Of a stretch of DNA of 64,000 nucleotides, positions 28,731 to 38,909 are shown in pieces. The DNA lies in the IMG/VR virus record IMGVR_UViG_3300046376_000226, positions 1 through 64,000 of that record; one strand, written 5' to 3'. The translations under genes and the position numbers were made by a program. Below the pieces are notes generated by a model. That model did not search any database, was not told the origin of the DNA, and saw nothing but the letters and a program-made list of their open reading frames with translations. Each line of letters starts with the position of its first letter. The stretch's first letter is position 1. This DNA comes from a virus.

Positions 28731-29246
28731 GTGGTATACCCCCTTTTATGTAAGAAGGCAATGCTGGAAACAATACCTAGGCGGATACGGGAGAGCATTG
28801 AGGTGGAGAGTGAGGAGGGATGCTGGCCGTGGACAGGGGCGCGTACTAGTGGAGGGTACGGGGTGGTATCGGTGGGAGGGAAGCCGGTACGGGTACACCG
28901 GTACGTGTATGAGAAAGTTAAAGGGGTGGTATTAGGGCCTGAGGTAGAACTGCATCATGAGAGGTGTAAGAACAAGCTATGCTGCAATCCGGCGCACGTT
29001 AAAGAGGTGACGCACTCTGAGCACGCGCGGATTCACCGGCGCTGGGAGAGGGATAGGGACAAGGACCGGCCGAAGACGCACTGCCGGTATGGGCATGAGT
29101 TAGCGGTGGCTGGGGTACGGGTTGACGAGAAAGGGCACCGGAAATGTCGGGTATGCGAGCGAGCGAAATGGCGGCGCAAGAATGCCCGGGTGCGGGCTAA
29201 AAAGAAACGGACCCTGGGTGGGGTGGTGGTGGACTTAGTGATCTAG
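28731..29246 (+). CDS. HNH endonuclease with C-terminal Zn finger
   Basis: GCWPWTG...GYG...VHRYVYE...HHERCKNKLCCNPAHV...THCRYGH...RKCRVC. Confidence 0.9.
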   Translation: MVYPLLCKKAMLETIPRRIRESIEVESEEGCWPWTGARTSGGYGVVSVGGKPVRVHRYVYEKVKGVVLGPEVELHHERCKNKLCCNPAHVKEVTHSEHARIHRRWERDRDKDRPKTHCRYGHELAVAGVRVDEKGHRKCRVCERAKWRRKNARVRAKKKRTLGGVVVDLVI

Positions 29247-29255
29247 GGAGGGTGG

Positions 29256-32215
29256 TCATACCCGGGTAGTTAGGATCCGGCTTAAGCGATGGGCTTCGAT
29301 GCGGCGTTTACGAATTAAAGCGCGGGCGTGCCATTTGCAGGAGTGAGTTTTCTCCCAGTATTGCATGAGGAGGCAGTTGGTAGAGGCGCAGGAGAGTTCC
29401 TGGGATACTTTGCGTTTTGCTAGCTCGAAGTCGCTGTCGGAAAGCAGGAGGACTTTCATAGGTCACTTGGGTGAGATCTTCCAGGTTAAGAAGATGATGA
29501 AGTTAGAGGCGGCGATAACGGAGTCGCGGAAGAGGTCGGTCCACATACTGGAGGTGATATCGCCTAGGGCGAAACCCAAGTTGATGGCGAAGAGGAGCGC
29601 ACTGGCCCAGAGCATCAGGGAACGGATTTTCATTAGCCGTAGAGGCGTACCCGGCGTTTATGGATGGCGGCGCCCCGTTGGAGGCTGACCCGTTCACTGT
29701 CGGCGTTAGCCATGATGAAGGGGCCGACCGCCAGGAGTTCTTTTCCGTCTAGGTGATCGACTAAGACCCAGTTATACTCGGCTGAGTCGAAGTCTTCCCG
29801 GGCGTGGTAGCAGGCCCAGTAATAGAATTTAGGCTTCAATTGTTTTAGCTGCGATGGTGCAACCCGGGTGCAGGGCTTTAACTTCCTGGATAGCGGCCAG
29901 GTGGGCGACGCCTTCGTCGGACGCTTCCAGTTCGACGGTGTAGGAAGCGAGCTGGCGGTCGTCACCGTCGTATACGTAGACTTTGATTCTGAAGCTCATA
30001 GCAAGGCTTCTAAAGCGTTACGCAATTGTTCTTTGGCGCGGGCCTGGGCCAGGAACGCTATAGCATCGGATACGTTAGGTTCGACTTTGAGGACGCCGCG
30101 CAGCTGGTAGATGGCCTGGATCAGGCTTTGGGCGTCGTCATCGCGCAGGTCGTGCTCGAGCACCACGGTGAGATAATTATACCTGTCGCTCATATTTCCG
30201 GATCTGGTGGGCCTTGGTGAGATAGCTCGGCCTGGCGTTTACGGAATTCGGCGATGACAGCGGCGGCGGTGTTTTCCCATACGTCGCGGAACTGTTCAGG
30301 TATCTGTTGGTAGTCGGTGACGTTCAAGAGGGTCGGATCCAGTCCGCAGAAAGTTTTATAGGCGACTTCGCCGTAGGTGATGTGACGGGGCATAAGAGTT
30401 ACTTGGTGAAACGCTCGACCAGGCCATGGACGATCACGAGGTCAACCGGGTCGCGGGAGTTGAGGCACATGACCCGGTGATAGGCGGCACGCTGGGCGCG
30501 CGAAGTGGTTTCCCAGATGGCCATAATCTTGAGCATGGTGGGGTGGTCGGCGGGCAGGACCTCGCCGGTCTCGAGGTTCATGAAAGCGGGTTTACACCCC
30601 GGGCAGTTGTCGTCGTACTCTTGGTGGCTCATAGGCTAATCAGACAAGCGAAGCGCGGCCCACTCTGCGATCATGGGGTAGAGCAGGGCACGCATCTGGA
30701 AGTCAGGAGCCAGGACTTTTTCATCGGCACCGTGAGGGGCGGCCTCGATTTTCGCGTTGAGATAAGTGACCGGGATACTAGTCGAATCGGTGATACTCTC
30801 GACCAGGTCGCGGTATTCGCCCAGGGTAGCGGGGCAGGGATAACCGGCTTCATCGGTTCTCATAGTAACGTTTGATGGCTTCGACTTGTTTAGGGGTAGG
30901 CGGCATGAAGATCATCTCCTCGCCGGTCTGGGCTAGTTCTTGGCCGCAGTCCAGGCACAGGATCTCCGGACCGGGATCACTGGAGAGAGCGCGCCAGACT
31001 TGCGTCCGGCATTTTGAGCAGCATTCTCTTACGCTCTCGACTCTGGGGTTGGGCCAGCGCGAGACCGGCAGACAGAGCAGGTATTCGTTCATAGGCGGCC
31101 TTGAGGCGCGTTTTGATCCGGGGGCAGGGTGATGACAGGGGGTACGGTGTTTGGCGCGGCCTCGCGCTCAGCAGCGCTTGCCAGGGCGGCACGCCAGGTA
31201 TCGCCCAGGCCCAGTTTATCGAGCTTAGCCGCCATGGCTTGGAAGATCGGGTCGTTCGGATTCATTTTGGTTTGGTGACGCGCCGGACCCAGAGATCATG
31301 GACTACTCGGCCCGCATCGGAGTCGGTGGTGGCGTGCGGGGGCAGAAATTCGTTGGAGCAACGGATCCATCCTTGTTTACCCGTAAAGCCACTGGTGAGG
31401 ACGAAATGGTGCAGGACCGGGTTAATGCACGGGTTGTTACCTTTCTCCAGGTAGGACATGAAGAGCTGGCTATTTATTGCCGGGATACTCATTTATTCCA
31501 TGGATGCTTTTAAGAAAGGCTAAGCCTTCCTGGTGCTGGGCTAAAGCCTCGGCCCGGGTGGTGCAGCGGGCGCTCCACAGCGCGGGGCGCGGGTAATAAT
31601 CGGTGGTGCCCGGGAAAGCCTCGCTCTCCTGGGGGCCAAAGACGATGGTCTCAAACCAGAGGGGCAGGCCGCCGGAGACATACTGATGGTTTAACCCCAG
31701 GAAAACCGTGGAGACCAGATGGTGATCCAGCTCGTCCCGGCCGATCCGGCGCTGGGCGTCATGGGTTTCAAACCACTCGGCCCACTCGATGAGCTTGGAT
31801 TGGATCAGCTGGTGTTTATTGTCGTAGACCGCGATCGGGACCACCTCCCCCGCCTCGTCCAGGATGGCGTGGTTAAACTGGTGGAACCCGTGGATACCCT
31901 CCTCAAAAGCCTTCTTTAGTTCTTCGAGGGTAGGCAGGAGGCCGTTGAAGGGATCTGGGAGTTGGTCGTTCATAGCTGGTTTCGTCTGACGAGCCAGGCG
32001 ACAATCTCGGCTTTCGCCCGTTCCAGGTCGAAGTAATACCGGGGCCAGCCGTCCGATTCATCGATGTCCCGGGCCAGGTCGCCCTTGGCGTCCAGCTGCG
32101 CCAGCCAGTTGCCCCGGTCGCAATAATTGGGGCGTTCAGTCAAATAGACGGTGCAGTATTTACCATCTATTCGTAAAGAGTCATCCTTTTCTATCCAGCG
32201 TGTTGCATGTTCCAT
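29256..32215 (-). other. Cluster of small minus-strand hypothetical ORFs (e.g. 29996-30193, 30190-30393, 30399-30632, 30636-30863, 30850-31092, 31262-31492, 31470-31973, 31970-32215)
   Basis: Head-to-tail packing; 31470-31973 has the VSTVFLGLNH...PLWFETIVFG motif common in phage hypotheticals. Confidence 0.6.
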
Positions 32216-32257
32216 TGCTTTTGCGTCATTAATACTTTTCTGTTAGATGTTCAAGCA

Positions 32258-32644
32258 ATGAAAACTGTAACCCTGAAACTCGAAGATAACGAATGGACTG
32301 ATTTACGCATAGCCGCATTCAAGGAACGTCAACCATTTGGGGCATATCTGATTTCCAGAATACGGATAGCGGTAGCTAAACCTAAACCAGAATCGAAGGT
32401 TCGTGAACTAAACCCTGAAACCACATCCAGGGTTCACCCAATGGACCCGCAAAGCGTAGAACAGACGTTAGGGAAAGCTACTGAAAAAGCCGAGCCGGTT
32501 TCAAGGAAACCCCTTAAAGGCTTAGATGTGCCGATAATGGCAGTCTCCAATTCAGCAGAAGATGTAAAGGCGCAACTCAAGCGTTTAGAAAGCGCCAATA
32601 AAGAGATGAGGGAACGCGGCTACGGACCTAAGAAGGGTTCCTAG
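32258..32644 (+). CDS. Putative ribbon-helix-helix regulator
   Basis: MKTVTLKLEDNEWTDLRIAAFKERQPFGAYL; divergent, with an AT-rich upstream region. Confidence 0.5.
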   Translation: MKTVTLKLEDNEWTDLRIAAFKERQPFGAYLISRIRIAVAKPKPESKVRELNPETTSRVHPMDPQSVEQTLGKATEKAEPVSRKPLKGLDVPIMAVSNSAEDVKAQLKRLESANKEMRERGYGPKKGS

Positions 32645-32864
32645 GCGCAGGCTTGGCTTTCTTCAGGACCTTAGTTTTAAACTTCCCCTGGATGCGGGCC
32701 TTGAAAAACTTGCCCTTTGAGGGGGCGGCCAGGAACGACTGATAAGTGGGGGCCGGGACTCCGGCGTAAGCGTAGACGCTTGAATCCCTGAAGCTGACGG
32801 TCAGGGTGCGATCCGGCACCGAGTAATCGACGGCGCTTATGTGGGAACTTCTAACGTTAGGCAT
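32628..32864 (-). CDS. KTSC domain protein
   Basis: VRSSHISAVDY...LTVSF...YAYAGVP..Y..FLAAPSKGKFF...I. Confidence 0.9.
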   Translation of the reverse strand: MPNVRSSHISAVDYSVPDRTLTVSFRDSSVYAYAGVPAPTYQSFLAAPSKGKFFKARIQGKFKTKVLKKAKPAPRNPS

Positions 32865-33375
32865 ATCATCTTAGCTGCCCATTCAGGAGAAGTATCCCTA
32901 CCACCACAAAGAGAAATGTCGCCGCTAACAGGAATATTATTATCGCGATTTCCACTGGCTCCGGCGGCTCCGGCTTGAAGTTTCTCACCGGCAAAGCTCT
33001 TCATTGAGCCGCTCAATTTTGCGGCATACCCGGTTTAACCGGAAGGTTGTTAACCAACCTAAGTGGCCTTGCTCGATCAACAAATTGAGATGGGCCAGGG
33101 TACGTTCGGCCTGGGCTAGTTTGCGCAGTAGCCGTTCCTTCGATATGGCAGTAGTCATAGTTTTTTCGGTATTGCCCAGGCCATAATTGCTAAGGCGACC
33201 TCGTTTATAGGCGGCTCTAAACTCGGGTCCAGATGGGCATTAGCTCGCTCGAGAATCTCGGAGACTTCGGGCTGGCTGAAGCGGCCAGCCTCGAAGATGG
33301 AGGTCGTGTAACCGTGCCGGTTTGAAAGCCACCAGGCTTGGTGTTCTTCACTCCAGATTAGGTAATGGGCATCCC

Positions 33376-34887
33376 TCATTGGTTAGGTGGATCCCCTGGC
33401 GTCACCGTCACATCCATCGGCGCGTCGCTTTCGATTCGGATGTTTTGCACATGCCGGTGCGCTGGGCTCGGTGTCGGTTGAGGCGTAGGATTAGGCGTGG
33501 GCGTTGGGTTCGGGTTTGGTGGAGTCGGCTGCGGCGTAGGCGTCGGAGTCGGGTTCGGACCACTGCCACCGCCGCTGCGCATCGGATGCGGATAAGGGTA
33601 CGGCGTCCAACCCGGCTTAGGACCTGCATCAACGAAGTAGTCACGGCCTTTTCGTAGGTAGGTATCGATGACCTGATTATTGCCGCAGTTGTCCGGCATA
33701 TAAGTCTGGGTCGAGACGTAGCCTGGCGCTTTGGTGCCGGGGCCGGTGTTATCCCAGACATAGACAGGGTCGCAGACCGCGCCCTTGCCATTCGGTAAGA
33801 AATAGCCAGGGCTACGGCCGCCCTCGAGCAGCTGCGGATTCTGCTCGTCTTCTACCTTACCCCAGTTAGCACCGTTATTGGCCCATGACCAGCCGGTCTG
33901 GCGCGGAGAGGGATATTCGATCGGACAGAAGCTGCCGTTCGCGCCGTCATTTGCGCCTCGGGTAATCGCATACACATTCAGCTCGAACTGGGCCTTCCCC
34001 CACGGGACTTCGCCTACGACATTGTCGGTAATGACTCCGGTGCCGCCCCGGCAGCTGAACCAGTTATTGAGGTTCTTCGGATTATCCTGGGTGATCTCGA
34101 AAGTACAACCGTAGATCTCCCACGAAGTCACGCCGATGGGGCTAGTCTCCTGGCCGTGGCTCCCCATGGTCGCGTCATGCATGTGGTTATGGCGCCACAC
34201 TGTCCGGGAGTTTGCATCGAAATTGGCGTCCCCGGTGTTGGCGTTAGAGAAGTTGCAATCCTCCACGTAGGAATTGTGCAACCCATCCGGATCTTTGGTC
34301 CCGAGCGTTGAAGGCTGGTTGTAGCTATTGTAGTCGCCCATGCCGATCACGAACGAGATCCCGCCCATGCCGCCGGACCCTACAAAGTCGCAGTTCCAGA
34401 CGAGGATCCCGTTGCTAGAAACCAGCATCGAGTAGGCATAGATCGAGCCCTGGTTGAAACTGCAATCGTGGATCATGACCGTGTAGCGAGTCGATTCATC
34501 TCTCCCGGCATTAATGCTGAACCCTCTGCCGCCGCCGTTGTCGGCAACCTGCTCGAATTTGATGCCGTAGATAACGGTGTTGCCGTTCTTGCCCGATTTG
34601 GCGTTGATCAAGGTAGAGCTACCGTTCTGGTTGCGGATAATCGTGTCGCTGCCCGCCAACGTGACCGCTTTATTGATGTTGAGCTGGCCGCTCCAGCTAA
34701 AGGTGCCAGCCGGAATGATCACAGTACTGCCGTCATTCGCACTATCGATGGCGCGTTGGACATCGGCCTGGGAACCATCAGTCTGGATCGATTTACCGCT
34801 GCTGCCTTTACGGGTGTAGGCGTCCAGAGAGGGCGGCTGGCCAAGGACGAATATGGCTAAAGTCAGGAGGAGCATGGGGAGTTTCAT
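33376..34887 (-). CDS. Secreted right-handed beta-helix (pectin-lyase-like) protein with PT linker
   Basis: Signal peptide; DVQRAIDSANDGSTVIIPAGT beta-helix cap; Asn/Cys ladder repeats; PYPYPHP then (PT/PN)n. Confidence 0.75.
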   Translation of the reverse strand: MKLPMLLLTLAIFVLGQPPSLDAYTRKGSSGKSIQTDGSQADVQRAIDSANDGSTVIIPAGTFSWSGQLNINKAVTLAGSDTIIRNQNGSSTLINAKSGKNGNTVIYGIKFEQVADNGGGRGFSINAGRDESTRYTVMIHDCSFNQGSIYAYSMLVSSNGILVWNCDFVGSGGMGGISFVIGMGDYNSYNQPSTLGTKDPDGLHNSYVEDCNFSNANTGDANFDANSRTVWRHNHMHDATMGSHGQETSPIGVTSWEIYGCTFEITQDNPKNLNNWFSCRGGTGVITDNVVGEVPWGKAQFELNVYAITRGANDGANGSFCPIEYPSPRQTGWSWANNGANWGKVEDEQNPQLLEGGRSPGYFLPNGKGAVCDPVYVWDNTGPGTKAPGYVSTQTYMPDNCGNNQVIDTYLRKGRDYFVDAGPKPGWTPYPYPHPMRSGGGSGPNPTPTPTPQPTPPNPNPTPTPNPTPQPTPSPAHRHVQNIRIESDAPMDVTVTPGDPPNQ

Positions 34888-34924
34888 GAGACCTCTGTAA
34901 GCCTCCCATTGAACTAATCAAATC

Positions 34925-36739
34925 TTATTCAGTCATGGTCCATTCGGGCATTTCCTTAAGGATCGGATGATCCGGCTCGTCGCTGGTAAGAATCGCTACC
35001 ACCCACCACTCCCGGTTGTTATCAATCTCGGCCATCAAGTTGTAGGCGCCTATGTAAGGATGAGAGCTGATCGAGAGCCGGGTAAGGTTGGGATTAGCTT
35101 CCCGGTCGACCCAGCGTTTGATGAAGGGGATGGCTAAGAGTTCAGCCACCGTTTCTACATCCGCTTCGTCAGTTTCAAACCCGCTGAAAAATGCGGGCCG
35201 GTATTGCCGGACGTGAATTGTGCTCATCGTTTCGGGGGCCTTACAAGCCGGATCATGGGGGCTTTAATGATGCAGCGGCGGTCATCTTCACAGTAACGGA
35301 CGTTCTGGCTGAGCGTCCCAGGCTCCAACCCAAACTCGGCACTCAAATCGACAGTGTAGACCTTAATCCGGTCATCGGGCCGTTCGCGCCCGCAGACGTG
35401 ACAGGTCCAGAAAATGGCATTCATCATGGCTTCTTAGCCTGGTAATAACTGTCTAGCGCGGCGTCCAGGCTCCGGTAGAGGTTTTCATAAGGGGAGCCGT
35501 AGAACTTGGTGGAGTCCTCCCGGCGCATCTCCCGCAGGTGATCACACAAATGCTCGATGATATAAGCCATACGCAGGCGCTGGGGGTCGGTGCCCATCTG
35601 GCCCAAGAGGCCCGAGCCTTGCATGCTCTGACCCTGGCCTGACATCATCTGCTGCTGCAAGCCTGGGTAACCCGGTTGCGGCTGCTGGGTCTTAATCGGG
35701 CACCAATCCAGATGCCCGTCTGGCCAGGGGCCGTGACAGATCTGGCAGAAAGTGCCTTGCGTGGGCTCACTCATGGCTGGCGGATAATCTCTCGGGCGGC
35801 CTCGAGCGTTTCGGGGGTTAGCTGGCCGCCTTCGGATATGAGCGAGCCTAGCATCATGCCTGCTTTCAAGGCTTTTTCCGGAGTCACCTCTTCCCCGTAG
35901 TTACCAAAGATAGGGTGCTCAGTCTGATAGAGGTCCAGTATCCGGCGTTGTTCTTCGCGGTTGCTAAGGTAGCCGGTGAAATAGCCGATATTCTTGAGCT
36001 GGATTGCTTTGGCCTCGCCGTAGTTCAGGGTGGGATCTTCAGCTCGCGCCATCTCGATTAGCTTAATCACTACCACCTCGGCTTCGAGCCGGGTTTTTGC
36101 GTGCATAGCGACCTGTAAAGCCTGCCAGTATTCAGTCATGTTTTGGTTCTTTAGTTAGTAACGCTAGTTCGATCTCGATCGTGATTTTCTGTTGGAGACT
36201 CCTAAACTTGACTGCTCCATGGGCCGGTCGCACTTCCAGATCGCAGCCGCCTTCAGCCAGAGTAAAGCCTTTGTGTTTCGCCGCCTCTAGCAGAGCTGTG
36301 TCCGGGCCGCCATCCGGGTTAATGGTGATTTCGACGGTGAGAGTTCTGGGTAAAAACAGGATCATTCCGGACTCCATACCATCCCGGCAATGAACGCGTC
36401 ACTGCACATTTGCCGGATCGTCGACATAGCGCCTCGCTCGATTTCCTCCCGCTTCACTCGGCGTATCTCAGTCTCCCACCATTTTGCGAAGCCCTGGTCG
36501 GCATTGGTGCGCTCGTCCTGGTCGGTAAAAGTCTCGGGGTTGTTAGTATTCTTAGCGATGAACTCGCGCATGGCTTGGATGATGTCATCGCGGTTACCGT
36601 TAGCGAGGTAAAGAACGGCGCCTCCGGTGCCGAAGGGAAAGGCGAGCAAGACGAAGCCCCAGTGTTTACCGGGAAGCTGGCTCTGGATCGAGCGCCCGAT
36701 GGCTTGTAGATTTGCTTTGACGGTTTCTTCTTCGGACAT
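34925..36739 (-). other. Cluster of six small hypothetical ORFs
   Basis: 34925-35227, 35224-35427, 35424-35774, 35771-36139, 36132-36377, 36362-36739; overlapping starts/stops. Confidence 0.6.
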
Positions 36740-36985
36740 AAGTATAACGCTTTAAGATATAACGGTAATGCCACGTCCTCGTAAATACGCAACCGAAGAA
36801 GAAAGACAAACAGCAATTCGGGAACAGACCCGAGTTCGGGTTGCGCGCTGGGCCAAAGCGCATCCGCGTAAATGGCGCAAGATCCAGAGACGCTGGCGAG
36901 CCGCAAACCCACAGACTCAGAGACGCTGGCGGCACGGGCGCACCCGGCGCACTATCGTGATTCCCTTAACCATTCTCTTAAAAAG

Positions 36986-37624
36986 ATGAACCATCCCCCC
37001 GATGTCCCTATGCCGAAGCGCATCGAGGCGCTCGAGCGCGACCCGGAGCGCGGCTACCCGGTCCCTTACTTTGTTGCCTGGGTCGACGGCAAACCTGATT
37101 TCCGGATTGCTGACGCCCGGGCTCATTTGAATTGTATCCAGGAAAAGCTGTGCTGGATCTGTGGCCAAAAGTTAGGCAAACACTTAGCCTTTGTGATCGG
37201 CTCGATGTGCGTGGTTAACCGGGTTAGCGCCGAGCCGCCCATGCATAGGGACTGCGCCCTTTATTCGGTCCAGGTTTGTCCTTTTCTGCTTAACCCCAAC
37301 CAAAAACGCAATCCAAAGGGGGGAATAGAGAAGTATAGCTCTAGCCCGGGCGGGATCCTGATTGAGCGTAACCCCGGGGTAATGGCCCTGTGGCTGACCG
37401 AGTCCTACCAGATTGTGCGTGACGGGAACGGGCGCTGGGTCTTGCGTGTGGGTGAACCACAGAGTGTCCAGTGGTATGCCCAGGGCCGGATCGCCACGCG
37501 CGACGAAGTCTTACACTCTATCGAGACCGGGCTGCCATTCTTACGTGACCTGGCTGCGCAAGATGGAGCCAGCGCGCATCTAGAAAAGGCCGTGCTCAGC
37601 GCCATGAAACTGGTCCCACTATGA
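36986..37624 (+). CDS. Phage hypothetical protein (Zn-binding)
   Basis: GYPVPYFV...LCWICG...EPPMHRDCA...CPFL; likely start ATG 36986. Confidence 0.7.
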   Translation: MNHPPDVPMPKRIEALERDPERGYPVPYFVAWVDGKPDFRIADARAHLNCIQEKLCWICGQKLGKHLAFVIGSMCVVNRVSAEPPMHRDCALYSVQVCPFLLNPNQKRNPKGGIEKYSSSPGGILIERNPGVMALWLTESYQIVRDGNGRWVLRVGEPQSVQWYAQGRIATRDEVLHSIETGLPFLRDLAAQDGASAHLEKAVLSAMKLVPL

Positions 37625-38560
37625 GAACCCTAGGTGATATCCCTCAACGCGGTAAGGTCGTCTTTGAAGGTCATCTCGCCACCCAGTTCTGGATCCGGGC
37701 CCTGGGCTTACAGGACGAGATCGGGCAGGCCCAGGTGTTACTGAGTCAGGAGAAGCGTCGCAAAGAAGCAGCGGTCCCAATCGTTGCTGAGTACGAAGTT
37801 GATAGCCGCTTAACCTTTGTTTACCTGATTGTCGCCAAGGTTGACATGCTCGGGATTCAGAATGGGACCGGCGTCATTTATTTCGCCTCCCCTCATTATC
37901 TAAAGGAAGCGAAACGGATCCGCGACGGGTTCGCGGACGACATCATGAAGGACTTAGAAAAACGCGGTTTCGACGAAATAGTCGAGATCGAAGACAAGAC
38001 AGAAAGGAAGCGTAAAGACTAGGGAAGCGTCAGAAAGCAAGCTAATGAAACGAAGACGAATTAAGAAATCCGACAGAATGTACAAGAACATCCCGGTCAG
38101 AGAGGCATTGGCCTCTCTTCATGTTCAACCCAGTAAACAGGACATCCAGGGGGCAACTAAAGAGGACCCGGAGAACTGTGCTTATGCGCGTTGTCTCCGG
38201 CGCACGATGGAGTGTGCCAACGTTTACGTCTTTAAAACGATCGCCTACGTGCAGACTCTTGACCAGGAAGGAAAGCCTCAATTTACTCGGTACACGGTCA
38301 AGAAATATGCGCGCGAGTACATCCTGAAATTTGACAGTGGGCAAAAGGTCCAACCCGGCGGGTTCGTATTTCATAAGCCAGCCAGGAGCATCACCTTGGA
38401 CTACAAGATGAAAAACTACAGGAAATACAGTCACCCGCGCACAGGCAAGAAAGCGACCCCGCCTCTGCGAATGGGGCTGCGCTCCGGCAAGGGCCGGGTA
38501 CACTTTTTACATAACCAGGAGATCGTCCCCAGAAAACTGGAAGATCAGGTAAGCCCGTGA
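37621..38560 (+). other. Two plus-strand hypothetical ORFs (37621-38022, 38045-38560)
   Basis: ORF track; plausible composition. Confidence 0.55.
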
Positions 38561-38909
38561 TTATGTCCCCCGGCGCCCATCCCGCCGCTTTCAAATTCGT
38601 CGGTGCCTTTTTCATCCCAGCCAGCGTAGCGGGTCCAGGGACCGGCTGTGCTCGGACCTCGGATCGTGAACCGGCCGTTTTGAGTGGGGGTGGCACAGGT
38701 CACAGTGGCCCGGGGCGGCCCGTACTTAGGCGGCAGAGGCTTTTGCATCGGCCTTAGCGTTTTCTTGTACCGGTCGACGCAGAGGATTGCTCCCGGGGCG
38801 TTACGCTGCGGCGGCCAGGCGTTCCCGGGTGCTTGCTGGCAGGGGGCAGCGGGCCAGCCGCTGAAAGAGCGGCACCCGGAATAAGGGCTAGTGAATAGGA
38901 CCGACTCAA

